Below are positions 28,160 to 29,031 of a DNA stretch of 29,031 nt, piece after piece; position 1 is the first letter of the stretch, and each line of letters starts with the position of its first letter. Below the pieces are notes generated by a model. That model was not told where the DNA came from. It worked only from the letters and a program-made list of their open reading frames with translations, and made no database searches. Source of the DNA: a virus (Duplodnaviria > Caudoviricetes); IMG/VR virus record IMGVR_UViG_3300031519_000153, positions 1-29,031 of that record, one strand, 5' to 3'. The position numbers and the translations under genes are program-made.

Positions 28160-28654
28160 TTATTCAACGAGTTCCCATAACTCTATGTCATCAACGGCAT
28201 CGTAATATCTTCTTTCGATGTTACAACCCTTAAGGATATCAGCAACAGATGTTTCAACTCGTCCTTCTGCGTCCACAACTTGATCCCAATCAGCATGGCT
28301 GTCGCAGGTCATACCTTCCTTCATATATCTAAGGTTCGATCCAAGAACATAATCCCTACATTCTTCGATAGTGCCTGTAAATTCTGTGATTCCCCTAACA
28401 ACTCTACAATCTTCAGTTGCGTTAAGGTCGCCGCCCATCATTACAATATCAAAAATATCCATTGCTTTGTAAGCTCTGGCCACCCAACTTTCCTTTTGGA
28501 AATCGGGAAGAGTTTTGTAATAATCGCTTGCCTCTAGTATGGCAATCATATCGCGCCATGTTTCTGGTTTGTCATCACCACCATTCATCCATTCCTCAAC
28601 AGCTTCAGTGCAGAAAAATATATGTCCAGTCATGGCTATCTTGTGGGGATTCAT
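28160..28654 (-). CDS. Hypothetical acidic protein (164 aa)
   Basis: Fills the gap between its neighbours on the coding strand. The ATG overlaps the upstream stop (TAATG) with GGAGG just upstream. No recognised family. Confidence 0.75.
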   Translation of the reverse strand: MNPHKIAMTGHIFFCTEAVEEWMNGGDDKPETWRDMIAILEASDYYKTLPDFQKESWVARAYKAMDIFDIVMMGGDLNATEDCRVVRGITEFTGTIEECRDYVLGSNLRYMKEGMTCDSHADWDQVVDAEGRVETSVADILKGCNIERRYYDAVDDIELWELVE

Positions 28655-29031
28655 TAGAGGTATCCTCCATATATAGTACCATTATTTAGGCCAACAAAGG
28701 CAGTGCCAGATGTTTGGACTGCACGGCCACCAGAACCAGCAGGTTTTGAACCCGCGCCCCCCGGTTGGCCCCATCCGCCGCCGCCACCAGCCGCCATAGA
28801 ACTTCGCCCTGAACCACCTTGCGTTGTAGTGTGTGCATAGGGGTAGCCGTAAGCACCACCGGGATTGTTTGCGCCACCACCATAACCCCCCGGCCAGTCA
28901 GGCAGGTTGCCCACAGGGATAGGAGCATTTACGCTAGTGCCCGGAACTACGCGTCCACCACCGCCACCAGACCCTGCCGTATCCGCGCCTTTGTTTTCTT
29001 GTACGCCACCGCCAGCAGCACCTGCTTGGCC
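28654..29031 (-). CDS. C-terminal part of a glycine-rich, gp38-like adhesin (5' end outside the window)
   Basis: The frame is open from 29031: GQAGAAGGG...GSGGGGGRVVPG...GGGGGWGQPGGAG...GGRAV...NNGTIYGGYL*. The glycine-rich motifs and terminal G-x-I-Y-G resemble T2/T6/S16-type gp38 adhesins. Confidence 0.65.
   Translation of the reverse strand, partial: GQAGAAGGGVQENKGADTAGSGGGGGRVVPGTSVNAPIPVGNLPDWPGGYGGGANNPGGAYGYPYAHTTTQGGSGRSSMAAGGGGGWGQPGGAGSKPAGSGGRAVQTSGTAFVGLNNGTIYGGYL

Noticed and set aside
27350-28180. 276-aa plus-strand ORF (likewise 6930-7637, 3438-4052 and 18731-19294)
   Set aside because: They are antisense to long genes whose codon bias leaves the mirror frame free of stops, and they have no recognisable protein features.
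28654-28914. 86-aa ORF starting at GTG 28914, and the overlapping 80-aa ORF at 28686-28928
   Set aside because: The frame stays open to the window edge, so the 86-aa call is a truncated C-terminus. The 80-aa ORF is an alternate frame.
1-29031. Host assignment (cyanobacterium vs heterotroph) and presence of bilin biosynthesis or lyase genes
   Set aside because: No host-diagnostic genes and no heme oxygenase, bilin reductase or lyase are recognisable in this window, so this cannot be decided here.

Overview
This window is a late (virion structural) gene cluster of a large T4-like tailed phage. All genes are on the minus strand and are driven by TATAAATA (gp55-type) late promoters. In transcription order (right to left) it holds: the truncated C-terminus of a Gly-rich gp38-like adhesin; a 164-aa acidic unknown; a 3698-aa giant protein; a 140-aa small beta-rich structural protein; a 1411-aa Gly-X-Gln collagen-like fibre with a cupredoxin-like insert and a C-terminal S74 chaperone; a terminator; a 108-aa BppU-N-like protein; 1289-aa and 768-aa fibre-like proteins; and a fibre gene of at least 1852 codons that runs off the left edge and is missing from the ORF track. 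The main observation is in the 3698-aa protein. It carries 12 tandem helical repeats that resemble phycobiliprotein (globin-fold) domains, and 11 of them keep the C-x-R-D motif that is the bilin attachment site in phycobiliproteins. This suggests a possibly pigment-bearing virion appendage, co-transcribed with a fibre that has a complete type-1 copper ligand set. All family calls come from reading motifs by eye; no database searches were run. I found no tRNA, rRNA, CRISPR array or mobile element.
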